A DNA stretch of 64,000 nt from Minutocellus sp. GHC0000111. Taxonomy: Eukaryota. The notes beneath the pieces were generated by a model, which made no database searches, was not told where the DNA came from, and worked only from the letters and a program-made list of their open reading frames with translations. The position numbers were made by a program, and so were the translations under genes. The stretch covers positions 2,914,001 to 2,978,000 of the forward strand of contig OZ361257.1 of assembly GCA_977018835.1 (NCBI GenBank), written 5' to 3'. This document shows, in pieces, positions 22,604 through 33,474 of this stretch. Position 1 is the first letter of the stretch. Each line of letters starts with the position of its first letter.

Positions 22604-24082
22604 ATGGTGTCGCCGCCTTCTCTGCGCCGCCGCCGAAGGAATGTGCCAGTCTTTGTGGTAGCTCTTCATGCTTTTGCGTCGAGGGGCGTATCTGGATTTT
22701 CACCCATCACAGCAAGGCCAGCACTTGCAACAATTGCAGACTCATTGCCTCGTACGTCACGACTTTTTGCCAAGCCACCACCAAAGAATAGCTTCGATCT
22801 TGAGGCGATTGAGGCTTTTGAAAAGTAGCTGGACAAGGAGGAGGCCTCGGTCAATGCCGAAGGAAAGGATTCGGATGAAAATGACGCCGCCGACGATGAT
22901 CTCATTGCATCGTCTCCTGCCGAGGATGTCAAGTTGTATGAAATCACTCGCGAATTGGACAATATGCGGATCGACTTGGCAATTCATCATTTCGAACCAG
23001 AATTATCTCGCTCTCACTGTGGGTCCCTCGTCAAGGATGGCAAGGTATCTGTGTCGACCGATGGAAACAACAAGAAATTTACTGTCATGAAGCGCAAGGC
23101 CCACAAGGTATCGGCAGGAGATGTATTGCGCGTAGAGCACGTTGCCGATGACCGTCCCGAGGAAATCATTGCTCAGGACTTACCACTCGACATATTGTTT
23201 GAGGACGAGCATATGATTATCATAAACAAGGCGGCTGGCATGGTAGTTCACCCTGCAGCTGGTAATTGGGATGGCACCGTCGTAAATGCTCTTGCTCACT
23301 ACCTGGCCAAGGACTCACCCTTTGGGTCTGGCGAATTTGTTCAGCAAGATGGAACCGTTGCAGCCGAACAAGGAGAAGGCGTGGACGTGGAAGGCACAGA
23401 CGGCGAAACTGTCTTCCTTCGCCCTGGAATTGTGCACCGCTTGGATAAGGGCACTACCGGCGTTCTTGTCGTCGCCAAAACAAGGGCAGCTCTGGCCGCA
23501 CTCTCGGCAGCGTTTGCAGCTCGCAACGTCAAGAAAACGTATGCTGCCATTACTGTTGGCAACCCGGGCAATCGAGTGGTCATCGACAAGCCCATCGGGC
23601 GACATCCTGTGCATCGTCAGCGCATGAGGGTCGTGCCCGACCCTAGCGCCAAGAACTCTGCCAATCGCGTAGTTCGGGGGCAGATGATGGCTGATGCGAT
23701 GGCCTCCAAGCCTCCGTCGCAGCTAGGTCGAAGGGCGCTTTCCTTTGTGGACAGTCTTGCTTTTGATGGAAAGCTGAGTGTAGTCCAAGTAGGCCTACGT
23801 ATCGAAACTGGGCGGACACATCAAATTCGTGTTCATTTGCAGGATCGGCACACTCCAATCTACGGGGATGAAATCTACGGTCTGGCTGACTGGAATAAGA
23901 AATTGAGCAAGACGCATGGAGTTCAGAGGCCATTGCTCCACGCCGCTCGGCTTGAGCTTGATCATCCCATCACAGGAGAACACATGGTTATTACAGCTCC
24001 AATGGCGCCTGACATGATCAAAACGGCGGATACCATTTGGCCGCAAGGCAGAGACGAACGGCCTGATTTGTTTGAGGAGTGA
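22604..24082 (+). pseudogene. rluD: Plastid-targeted RluD/RluA-family pseudouridine synthase (S4 + catalytic domain), interrupted by an in-frame TAG
   Basis: VSG-F presequence; INKAAGMVVHP, GIVHRLDKGTTG, TGRTHQIRVH. TAG at 22826-22828 lies in frame between presequence and S4 domain. 6-nt GGCCTA insertion at 23792-23797. Confidence 0.85.
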
Positions 24083-24204
24083 TCCCAATAGGAACTCCCA
24101 ACAGCACAATACTGTCAGCCACCTCTTTTCAGTTAGTTTAATCTGCATGCGCATGGATGCAGCTTATATTAGAAGAGAATGACGTTTAATTTACTTTATG
24201 GCCA

Positions 24205-25365
24205 TCACACCTCATCGTATAGCATCGGTATGGACTCTCTTCTCACGTATTGCAGCACATACGCCGAACTAGTACGGCCTCCCCAGCCGTACTTGCCGCC
24301 GCTTCCACGGAAAAGCTTTGAGAAAAGTCCCTCTTTCGCCTCTTGCGCTGCTATTCTACTGCTCTGACCGCCGTAGCAATCGGCTGCAACCTCTCTGTAG
24401 GTAACCCTTGTGACCTTATCATCATCAAATCGATACCATTCGTTCTTTCGCGCATCAGGTCGCACGTAAGCATAGTAGTGGCCACTGCCATACTCGCCGA
24501 CATGCACCAAAACCGATTGCAGATCATACACCACCCGAGACTCCTCGTCCTTCTCAATACCGGAACAGATGTTGGACAAATCCAATACCTTTGGGAAACG
24601 AAAGCGCTTGTTGATTTTGCTCATGGTATCGGTCTGCCAATCGTATTGGAATCGCAATAAATGCAGCTGAAGGATTGGCGGCAAGCCGTTGGCCTTCAGA
24701 AGCGAACCTTTGAGAGCGTCGACTTTGTCGGCACCCTTTTCTGGTCTCCATCCGTTCCCCTCCTTCTCACTGAGCAGTTCTGGTTTGCAAAACATATCTT
24801 CCAATGCCGTCGAGACCGACCCACCCGATACGTCAAGGGATAAGTCAAGAAATTGCTCTTCTCGTTTCTTCTCTCTTCCAGTTCCATCAAGTGCCGCTAT
24901 GTAACCTTCGTAGGATCCCTAATACATTTCGACCAGTTGCGGCAATTGAAACTCGGGCAAAAGTAGCTTCCAGAACTCTTGACTATCTTGTTGTTCCCAT
25001 ACCGGGATTCCGAGCGTCCGGCACAGCACCGTCGTCGGCGTAGAGGGGGCATAACCACCATCCAAGCCTCCTTCGGCAGCCTTTTGCATCGCCGCAAAGA
25101 CATATCCCAAAGAGGCCAGCGCCGGACTTGAAGCGGCGGCATTTCGAGATACCGATGGGGGATCGATGATCATCCCCCGCACACGGGGGATATGATAGGC
25201 ACACTCCAGCTGCGCATTGAGGTAGCATGTGTTGCCACCGTTGATGAGCCCGCCCGATACGTGGAGGCCGGCGCCAGACGTAGACGACACCGATGCCGAG
25301 TCGACCAGAGCGAACGTTATCGTTGCCGCTGATATGAGCGTCAAATAGCGAAGCGTGGCGAGCAT
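24205..25365 (-). pseudogene. USP (C19) deubiquitinase with N-terminal signal peptide, interrupted by an in-frame TAG
   Basis: GLINGGNTCYLNA, QQDSQEF, FLDLSLDV, GHYYAYVR, WYRFDD, SAYVLQY. The stop at 24919-24921 reads VEMY*GSYEGY and the same frame continues into ORF 24205..24804. Confidence 0.85.
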
Positions 25366-25591
25366 GCTGAACACCTTTACGGTCCTCGAGTGTCTATTAG
25401 TGGCCGTGGTGAGTAGCTACCTAACAACGTAGCTACACTACGTGTAGGAGGTAGGCCTAGCTCGTACGCGCCTCGCGTTGCTGCTCAAGTACCGGATGCC
25501 ACGTCATCGAACGTCATGAAGAAGTTCGACCCCGCAATCGGGTTCATCATCAGTTCACCGCGACACCCTAACATAAAACAGCCGGCACACC

Positions 25592-26626
25592 ATGACGAGC
25601 ACATCCGAAGGGACTGGAGCCCTCTCGGCCCTTCTGGAAGACAATGAGACTGCAGTTCAAATGACCATAATCCTCGGCACGATGGTGGCCATTTTGGCCG
25701 GGCTTGTGTTTATCCAAACGCCCAACAGCACCTTCAAGGTCAAGTCGACCTACATTGCCGATTCCAAGGCCCAGCCGTCCAAATACGCGTACGAAATGTA
25801 TGCGCTGTGCTACACACCCATCTGGATCGGTGGCTTTGCCATCATCGTTGGATTTCAGCTGTACGAGAGCTTCACGGCCACGTACAATGTGGTGTGCATC
25901 GGCCTCTCCCTGCCCTTTCTGTTACAGCCGCTGCTCTTTCCGGATGCTTTGTTTCATTCTCCCGATGCGAAGCGCCCATTCCTCCAGAGATACTCCACCA
26001 AGGCCAACCTTTGGCTGGCGGTATACTCATTCATTGGAAATTACTGGTACACGCACTACTTTTATAGCGTGCTGAAGGCTGAATACACCATGCCAGCACA
26101 TCGCCTCAATAATGTGCCAATTGCGCTCTACTTTGCGACGCACTTTTACTTCTCCACCTATCACGTCTTTTCCAACGCCTTTCTGCGCAAGGTCGCGACG
26201 TCGTTTGCACCCGGTCCTAGGAGGACAGCACTGTTTGTTGGTGTGGTGATTGTCTTGTCGTACTTCACTGCCTTTATGGAGACGCTGACCATCAGTTCCT
26301 TCCCGTATTATGCCTTTGAGGATCGCAACATGGCGTACACTGTTGGGTCGGCTTTCTATGGAATTTATTTCTTGGTTAGCTTCCCGGCCTTCTTTGCCTT
26401 TGATGAAGATATTGATACCAAGAAGAAGCGGGTGACGCTTTGGGATACCTTCGTTTCCAGCTGTGGTCATGGTATGATGATTATGTGCCTGTTGGACTTT
26501 GTTCGGTTGCACCTTGGTGTTCCGCTCGTTGTTGGGGATCTGTCTCCCGGCGAATCTTCGTCGGCAAGTATGACTAGCTGGCTGATGGAATATTCCAGTA
26601 GCTGGTTCGGAACCTCTAGCTCGTAA
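25592..26626 (+). CDS. CPI1: Cycloeucalenol cycloisomerase (sterol biosynthesis)
   Basis: KANLWLAVYSFIGNYWYTHYFYSVLKAEYT...NNVP, FTAFMETLTIS, VGSAFYGIYFLVSFP; multi-pass membrane profile. Confidence 0.92.
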   Translation: MTSTSEGTGALSALLEDNETAVQMTIILGTMVAILAGLVFIQTPNSTFKVKSTYIADSKAQPSKYAYEMYALCYTPIWIGGFAIIVGFQLYESFTATYNVVCIGLSLPFLLQPLLFPDALFHSPDAKRPFLQRYSTKANLWLAVYSFIGNYWYTHYFYSVLKAEYTMPAHRLNNVPIALYFATHFYFSTYHVFSNAFLRKVATSFAPGPRRTALFVGVVIVLSYFTAFMETLTISSFPYYAFEDRNMAYTVGSAFYGIYFLVSFPAFFAFDEDIDTKKKRVTLWDTFVSSCGHGMMIMCLLDFVRLHLGVPLVVGDLSPGESSSASMTSWLMEYSSSWFGTSSS

Positions 26627-26856
26627 TGATCCGTGCCAAAATGGTGTTATATGTATCTGTTTTGCGTCTTATTTCATTGTTGGGGTCTATCGCCATATCT
26701 CATTAAGAAGAGAAAAAGCAATAGACATATGGAAAGGCTTTGGTTTAATAGGAGCCTTTCCTCTTTGTGCTTACATAATCTAATTATTTCATTAATAGTT
26801 AGATATGTACAAAAATCATCAATGAGTATGACGTAATGCTGTATCATAGCTGGATC

Positions 26857-27752
26857 TCAGTCTTCTTCGTGCTGGTGCTGCTCTGCAAGCACCTGCTCTT
26901 CAATGAGTCTATTCATAGCGGCAACGTCCTGCTCGCCTTCTCCAACAAAGCCCATCGCGGCAGCTGCCTGCCGTTGCCGTTCCATTTCTCTCCTGACGTT
27001 GGCATTCCTTTCTCGTCGGTCTTTGTTCCGACTCTTCTTGTTCGAGCGTCGCGCTCGATTCCGTCCATCCTGGGGAGTGTCGTCGTTATCATCGTCGGCC
27101 TCCTCATTCTCATTTGCGCCGGCCGCAGCAGCAGCGGCGCCCGCTGGAGGTGGTTGTGCAGCAGCGTGATTATTTCCTCTTAATCTCCCAGCCCTTGCAC
27201 CATTGTGTTCGTCCATACCCTCGTCTCTATTTGCATTCATCTGTGCTTGAAGCACCAGGCCACCTCCAGCGTATTGCTGCACCAGTGCCTCCACATCAAC
27301 GCTGCCGAGAAGTTGCTGGAAACCTCGATTGAAGACACTGTAGGCTGACATTCCGGCACTGTCGCCATCTCCCAAACCGATTGTGAATATACCTATCATT
27401 CCTGTGGCAATCACAACGAGCGGGCCCGCTTCCAAATATCGGTGAACGAGGCGCACAAAATAGTAATACCCCACAAGTATACCCAATACCCCCATTGGCT
27501 TCGGCTCATGCCACGAAGAATACGGATCAGTCCACGCACCACAGCCGGCAAAGAACGGACAATGGAGCACGTCAAGGCCACGACAAATCGACCGAGGCGA
27601 GAGGCACTTGAGATAATTCCGGAAACATCAATGGTGGAGAACCTTATTGGCTGAAGTTCATACAGGATGGCCCTGGCGGTGGCGGTCCACCTCGCGTCGT
27701 CTTTCCTGGCTTCATCCCACAACACACGGGAACGCTTCACCCCTGGCGGCAT
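26857..27752 (-). pseudogene. SAYSD1: SAYSvFN-domain protein, frameshifted
   Basis: SAYSVFNRGFQQLLG after a hydrophobic hairpin. The N-terminal frame (MPPGVKRS...QW) joins through a 1-nt deficit in the C5 run at 27489-27493. Confidence 0.8.
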
Positions 27753-27984
27753 GGCTTGGTGGTAAACAAACGGCGGTGTGGCAATTGCAAGAAAAAGAGC
27801 AGGGATAAAAAATGATGACGATTGCATGCGCGATCGAGAATCGAGAGATCGAGAGCAGCAGGCAGATGCAGAGTGAGTGAAAAAAGACGTCTGTCACCCA
27901 TCCGTCCGCATCGCTCCTATCCAAGTCAAATCCTTCGCTGTTATTCTACACATCAGAAGCCAGCAGCTGCTGCAGCGCTGCAGC

Positions 27985-29310
27985 ATGCTTCGATCATCAG
28001 GGCGACGACTTCGCCAGCATCAATATGGGTGTTCATCATGTCTTCGACGAAAGTCGACGGCATCTCAAGCACTGCCGCCGCCGCCGCCACGGCCAGAAGA
28101 CTTTCCGAGCTGGGCGTATGAGCCTCGCTCATTCTTCCGTTTCGAGATCATCAAACAATCCTCCAAGTCTAGGGCTAGAGTCGGTCGGATTCACACACCT
28201 CACGGTGTTGTTGACACGCCTGGGTTTGTGCCTGTCGCGACCAATGCTGCCCTCAAGGGCGTGAGTTTCCAAAACCAGCCAGATAATCAGCTCGTCTTCG
28301 CCAATACCTATCATCTAGTTTTGCACCCTGGACCGGAGACAATACGAGATTCAGGTGGGATTCACAATTTCACAAAACGGCAAGGCGGACCATTCATCAC
28401 AGACTCTGGCGGATTTCAGGTGTTTTCGTTGGCATATGGGAGCGTTGCTGAAGAATTATCGTCCAAGGGTGAACTCAAGAGGGCAAGAGTCAAATCCAAA
28501 CCCGGATGGCGCAATGATGTCATGGGAAAGGATGCTGTGAGAGTTACAGAGGATGGGGTGCGTTTTAGATCATATCGAGATGGTAGCTACGTTACACTTA
28601 CACCAGAGTCTACCGTTTTGGCGCAGAAAGATATAGGGGCTGATGTAATCATACCCCTGGATGAACTACCGCCATACCACATTGATCGAAGCAAGTTAGA
28701 AGAGTCATTGGAACGCTCGCATCGATGGGAGGCTCGATCGCTCCAGCAACACTTGAAGGATATCAGGAACCAGGCAATGTATTCGGTCATTCATGGAGGG
28801 CTAGACGTAGAATTTCGAACCAAGAGTGTCGAATATCTCACTTCTTTGCCCTTTGATGGATATGCAATCGGCGGCTCGCTCGGGAATGGCCGAGAGGAAT
28901 TGAAGCAATTGCTGTCTTGGTTGATGCCCATGTTTGATAAAGATGGAAGACGAGATAAGCCAAGACATTTGCTTGGCATCGGTGACGAGCCGAGTGTTCG
29001 TAATGCGGTTGCAATGGGCCTTGACACACTTGATAGCTGCTATCCAACAAGGCTTGGACGACATGGGACCTTATTGACTCGGCAAGGTCTGCTTCGAATA
29101 AAAAGAGGTGCCAATGCGCGTTCGTTTGGCATGAAAATATGCGAGGGTTGCAATTGTACTACTTGTCAGCGTTACGACCGGGCGTATTTGTGCCATTTGT
29201 TCAAAGCCAACGAACCTCTTGGCGTTATGTTGGCAACACAGCATAATTTGACCTACATGTCGGATTTGATGGCGGAGCTTCGTCAAGGGATTATGGATGA
29301 TAAAATTTAG
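27985..29310 (+). CDS. tgt: Queuine tRNA-ribosyltransferase, bacterial (Chlamydiae-like) type, with an organellar-type presequence
   Basis: TPGFVPVAT, NTYHL, TDSGGFQVFSLAYGSVAEE, IIPLDELPPYH, GGSLG, HLLGIGD, DSCYPTR, CxCxxC...H zinc site; Arg-rich N-terminus. Confidence 0.95.
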   Translation: MLRSSGRRLRQHQYGCSSCLRRKSTASQALPPPPPRPEDFPSWAYEPRSFFRFEIIKQSSKSRARVGRIHTPHGVVDTPGFVPVATNAALKGVSFQNQPDNQLVFANTYHLVLHPGPETIRDSGGIHNFTKRQGGPFITDSGGFQVFSLAYGSVAEELSSKGELKRARVKSKPGWRNDVMGKDAVRVTEDGVRFRSYRDGSYVTLTPESTVLAQKDIGADVIIPLDELPPYHIDRSKLEESLERSHRWEARSLQQHLKDIRNQAMYSVIHGGLDVEFRTKSVEYLTSLPFDGYAIGGSLGNGREELKQLLSWLMPMFDKDGRRDKPRHLLGIGDEPSVRNAVAMGLDTLDSCYPTRLGRHGTLLTRQGLLRIKRGANARSFGMKICEGCNCTTCQRYDRAYLCHLFKANEPLGVMLATQHNLTYMSDLMAELRQGIMDDKI

Positions 29311-31021
29311 TTGAATGAATATTGCATTTCGGCAAGAGAATGTTCATTACCCTCTTTACACTTCCTTGATTCATTCCGATTCGACCGTAGCCAGCTCTAC
29401 CATATCCGTCTGCTCCTTCCGGCTGCTGCTTTACATCGATGCCGTCCATTCTTGCTTGGACACCTTTCAAACCATGTATTGCCTTCGATATTTGCTTGAG
29501 CCGTTCCGTGGAAAGTGCTCCACTTGCTGGGCCAATCTCCACGTAGGCACCCTTCTCCTCGAAGCCGAGCGCATGCATAACCCCTCTCCCAGCTGTGATC
29601 CATACTCCATTCCAAAAGCGCTTGTTACTTGTTCTGATCTGTCTATACTTTGGTTCAGATGGATCCTTCAAAATATTAATCAAGTACTTGAGAAGCACAT
29701 GGGGACTTGAGCGCTCTCTCTCCATCTGAAGATAACACCATTCGAGCGCCTTTTCCACGGATTGAATCTTTGTAGCAGGAAAAGGGAAAATTGGGTCTAC
29801 AATGTCGCAAGCCAAGCCCTTTGCCGAAGAGGAGTACGATGGTGACAAAATACTGAATCTTTGAAGAGCCTCGCCCTGTCTTGTGACTGTGGGGCACTGA
29901 TCTGTTGTTGGGATGACCCGAAAAGGGACGTAAAAACAAAGCACCTGGCCACCTTGGGCGCGGAATGTCCATGGATGCCCAATCCATGTCTGCTGCGTCC
30001 ATGTACCACCCGGGCCAGCCGATCCTTTCCACTCCTCTCGACCGAGGTAGTCAATCCAAAACACATCGACGGGGGCAGTTGTAGAATTCAGCACCTCCAA
30101 ATGAATCTGAACATTGCCACGCTCAGAACGAGGTATGATGGGTGCATCAACCTCGTTATTCTCCGAACCAGTTAGATACTGGCGGTAGAGGTCGGAAATG
30201 GCTACATACCAAGCTTGGAATTCACCCATGCCTGGGTGGTTGGCCGAGCTTTGCATAGATGGTCGAATATCCTGCTGAGGCTCGGCAGGAGTATCTGCTT
30301 TGTCTTCTTTTGTTTCGTCCACTGAATGGCTCGCCGTATTCGCATCTGCATGTGCATATTTCTCATGGCCGTTGGTGGCATGATTCGCCACCATATCTTC
30401 CAATTCACGGACATTGGCTCCCTTGACTCGTTGAATTTCCTTTCCATCCTTGAACAATAAAAAGGAGGGCATAAGATCTACCTCCAGAGACTCGGATACA
30501 TCTTCCAGCTCATCCACGTCGATCCGGTAAAACTTCATATCCTTCGCATGCTTACGAGCCAACAGCACATAGGATGGGTCGATTCGCTTGCACGGTGCAC
30601 ACCACGACGCAGTCATCTTGACTACAATTGGACGCGCTTTGGAGCACAACAAAATGGCTTCCCATTGCTCTTCGTCGGTGATGTTCGTAACATCATCTTC
30701 GCCATTGCTGTAGGTTTGGTTGACAGATCCTTCATTTCTCCTTGAAGATGCCGCAGCTGCCGCTGCCTCTCTCCTATTTTTGGGACCCTGCGGTTGCTCT
30801 TGCTGCGATTTCCCGACCGTTTGATTCTTCTTACGATTTGCCCATCCATCATCCAGAACCGAACCGCCACCACCGAGGGAACGGCCTTCGGTGGCGGCGA
30901 CGGAACGCTGCGCATGCGGCTCAGCGCCACCTCGAGACCGAGCAAAGAGCTTCGGCAAGAGAATTGCGATGACCAACGCCACGCATATCTTGACCAGCCA
31001 GGGAAGCAGGGTGTCGAACAT
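29291..31021 (-). CDS. Membrane-anchored thioredoxin + VHL-beta-like + PUB domain protein
   Basis: N-terminal TM (LVKICVALVIAILL); WCAPC; VDVFWIDYLG...TWIGHPWTFR (VHL beta); KYLINILKDPSEPKYRQIRTSNKRF...ALGF (PUB). The 3' end overlaps the tgt stop by 20 nt. Confidence 0.85.
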   Translation of the reverse strand: MFDTLLPWLVKICVALVIAILLPKLFARSRGGAEPHAQRSVAATEGRSLGGGGSVLDDGWANRKKNQTVGKSQQEQPQGPKNRREAAAAAASSRRNEGSVNQTYSNGEDDVTNITDEEQWEAILLCSKARPIVVKMTASWCAPCKRIDPSYVLLARKHAKDMKFYRIDVDELEDVSESLEVDLMPSFLLFKDGKEIQRVKGANVRELEDMVANHATNGHEKYAHADANTASHSVDETKEDKADTPAEPQQDIRPSMQSSANHPGMGEFQAWYVAISDLYRQYLTGSENNEVDAPIIPRSERGNVQIHLEVLNSTTAPVDVFWIDYLGREEWKGSAGPGGTWTQQTWIGHPWTFRAQGGQVLCFYVPFRVIPTTDQCPTVTRQGEALQRFSILSPSYSSSAKGLACDIVDPIFPFPATKIQSVEKALEWCYLQMERERSSPHVLLKYLINILKDPSEPKYRQIRTSNKRFWNGVWITAGRGVMHALGFEEKGAYVEIGPASGALSTERLKQISKAIHGLKGVQARMDGIDVKQQPEGADGYGRAGYGRIGMNQGSVKRVMNILLPKCNIHSTKFYHP

Positions 31022-31348
31022 CGTTGGCGAGCACAACGAATGCAGGTGGCATGCAGCAGCGGGCGGGCTCTGATGATGATGGGCGGAGGGCGGCGTCGGC
31101 GAAGTTGCAAAGTCGGCGCGGCGAAATTTCAAGCCTCTAAAACAACCACCAGACCACCATGAGATGAGCTCATTTTATCGGCCCACCGCTGCCTTGTTCG
31201 TGCGTGTAAGGTGCGGCGGTTACCCCGAAGCAACACTCTAATAGCTTAAGGGCATTTATTGCGCAATAATTCAGGCTGGCGTTCGAATTGAAACGAACAG
31301 GTCTACCGCACGCGCCGCTGCAAACACAAGCTCAACCACAAACATACG

Positions 31349-33292
31349 ATGCCAGCCAACAACTCGGTCCTCCCGGCCCAACCACTGACGGTCGATGAGG
31401 TGGAGTACGATTTCGAGGACTTTGCCTTGACCAAGGGTATCCCCGAGACGGTCGATCCGCTGCCATATCGCAAGGCTGGGTCCGTCTTCGCCAGCGGTGA
31501 AGATGCCGAGGCAGTGGTCACGTCCGCCAAGCACGATCCTCGGCTCCGTACCGTCGTGTGTCGCCATTGGCTGCGCGACTTGTGCATGAAGGGCGCGGCG
31601 TGTGAGTTCCTTCACCAGTACGACCTGTCCAAGATGCCCCTCTGTCGCCACGGCGACAAGTGCAAGGTAAAAGACTGTCCCTTCCGGCACATATCCGAGG
31701 CCGATCGGCTCGAGTGCGTGTTCTACAGCCAGGGCTTTTGCATCCATGGACCGTTCTGCCGATACAAGCACGTGCGGCAGGATCGCATCGAGCGGCCGCA
31801 GGTGGCCGACTTTACCCTCGGACTGAGTCAGATGCAGGCCGGCAAGGACGGACAGGTGGCTCGCCGACCGGCGCCCAAGCCGAATGAGTTCTACAAAATA
31901 TCGCTGTGTAAGCACTTTCTCCAAGGAGAGTGCCCCTTCGGGGACGGATGTCACTTTGCCCACGGAGAGGCCGAATTGCGCAAGTTTTCCGGGAAGGACA
32001 ACAACGCTCAGGCCACCGGTACCGGGGAGAACGGTGAGATTGCCGACAACATGTTCGGAAATACCGCTGATACCACTGTCGATTACTACTCCGGTGGTTC
32101 GGCCGGAGGTGGCAAGCCCAGTCCGATCCTCGAGCCGGAGCACGCAATATTCTTTATTGTGCGGTCGGCATCGCAGCTCGATTTGGCTCGCTCCACCGTC
32201 AGGGGAGAGTGGTACATCCAGCGAAAGCACGCCGAAAAGATTAATGCTGCCTTCAACGGTGGTAAGCAGATCATGGTGTTCTTCACTGTGAGCGATTCCG
32301 ATCACATTCAGGGAGCGGCGCTGGTAACTTCCATGGCGACAATGGATGATGCCGCCACCGGTAGCACTGCCGGCGGAAATAGCAAGGGAGACAAGGACGG
32401 GCCCTTCTCCTACCGCTTCAAGTGCGAGTGGTACCGTACCACCGAGCTTCCAATATCGACGGCCGTCGAGGCGGCGCCGGATCTTCTACTTCCGACACCG
32501 CAGACGGAATACTGTCAGGATATGACCAGCAAGACGGGCGAGGCTCTCATGAAGGCAGTTTGGAACTCTCCCCTTGTTACCTTGTACGAGAGCTTTACTG
32601 GTGATCAAGAACCGCCTCAGGGAGATGCCATCTTGACCGACTTTCGTTGTCCTCCACCCGACGAGGTGGCTTGGCCCACGACGCCGGGGCCTGGCTTCAT
32701 CTTTGGCTGCTCATCGCAGACCATGGACGAGTGCCTGGGTAGGGGCATCTTCGGTCTTCCATCTCATATGAAGGGCGCGGCATCATGCATCAAGCCCGGT
32801 TCGTCCATCTTTCTTTACAACGTCACCGATCGATTGCTCTTTGGTATTTTTGAGGCACTTACTCCGGCCAAGGAAAACATCGTCCCCACTGCGTTCTCTA
32901 AGAATCCCAAGGCCACGACATCTCCCTTCCCTATTCAGGTTCGTGTAAGGGTCGGCTTGGAATGTCCTCCAGTGGAAGACACCGACCCAGTCCTAAATGA
33001 TATTTTGAGGGCGCGTGTCGGAGGTAGAATTGGCCCTCTGACGCATGCTCAGGCCGAGGCTCTGGCGAGTTTGTTGGCAAATCAGTGCGGTGCCTTGCAA
33101 TACATGATGGATTATGAGCGAAGTGTTCGGGCCGGCAAGCATGTGCAGGCACCACCGATCGCCTTGCCACCCCGAAAAATCAAGCTTCCGAGCAATAATA
33201 GAGTAAAGATGGAGAGTGGCGGCTATCCCGGTGGCGGCGGCGGTGGAGGAGGCGGTAGCTATGGAGCAGGAGGACACTATGGTCCAGGATAG
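31349..33292 (+). CDS. CPSF4: CPSF30/CPSF4 CCCH zinc-finger protein fused to YTH-like and DCD domains
   Basis: RTVVCRHWLRDLCMKGAACEFLHQYDLSKMP and further CCCH fingers; FFIVRS...GEW...INAAF...FKCEW (YTH); GFIFGC..TMDECL..FGLP..IKPG..FLYN..GIFEA..FPIQV (DCD). Confidence 0.9.
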   Translation: MPANNSVLPAQPLTVDEVEYDFEDFALTKGIPETVDPLPYRKAGSVFASGEDAEAVVTSAKHDPRLRTVVCRHWLRDLCMKGAACEFLHQYDLSKMPLCRHGDKCKVKDCPFRHISEADRLECVFYSQGFCIHGPFCRYKHVRQDRIERPQVADFTLGLSQMQAGKDGQVARRPAPKPNEFYKISLCKHFLQGECPFGDGCHFAHGEAELRKFSGKDNNAQATGTGENGEIADNMFGNTADTTVDYYSGGSAGGGKPSPILEPEHAIFFIVRSASQLDLARSTVRGEWYIQRKHAEKINAAFNGGKQIMVFFTVSDSDHIQGAALVTSMATMDDAATGSTAGGNSKGDKDGPFSYRFKCEWYRTTELPISTAVEAAPDLLLPTPQTEYCQDMTSKTGEALMKAVWNSPLVTLYESFTGDQEPPQGDAILTDFRCPPPDEVAWPTTPGPGFIFGCSSQTMDECLGRGIFGLPSHMKGAASCIKPGSSIFLYNVTDRLLFGIFEALTPAKENIVPTAFSKNPKATTSPFPIQVRVRVGLECPPVEDTDPVLNDILRARVGGRIGPLTHAQAEALASLLANQCGALQYMMDYERSVRAGKHVQAPPIALPPRKIKLPSNNRVKMESGGYPGGGGGGGGGSYGAGGHYGPG

Positions 33293-33474
33293 GCAGGGTT
33301 TGGACTTGAGGACAGCTTCGATAGAGGATATGTCGATTTAAAAAAATCAAAGAAATACGTAGTTACTATAAATTGAGCCACTATCCATTTACTATGAATA
33401 TCAATAACAGTGGCATTAATTGTAGAATCATCTCATGTCAAAATATTTTTCTTGTAGAGACTACGTAGCTAGAA

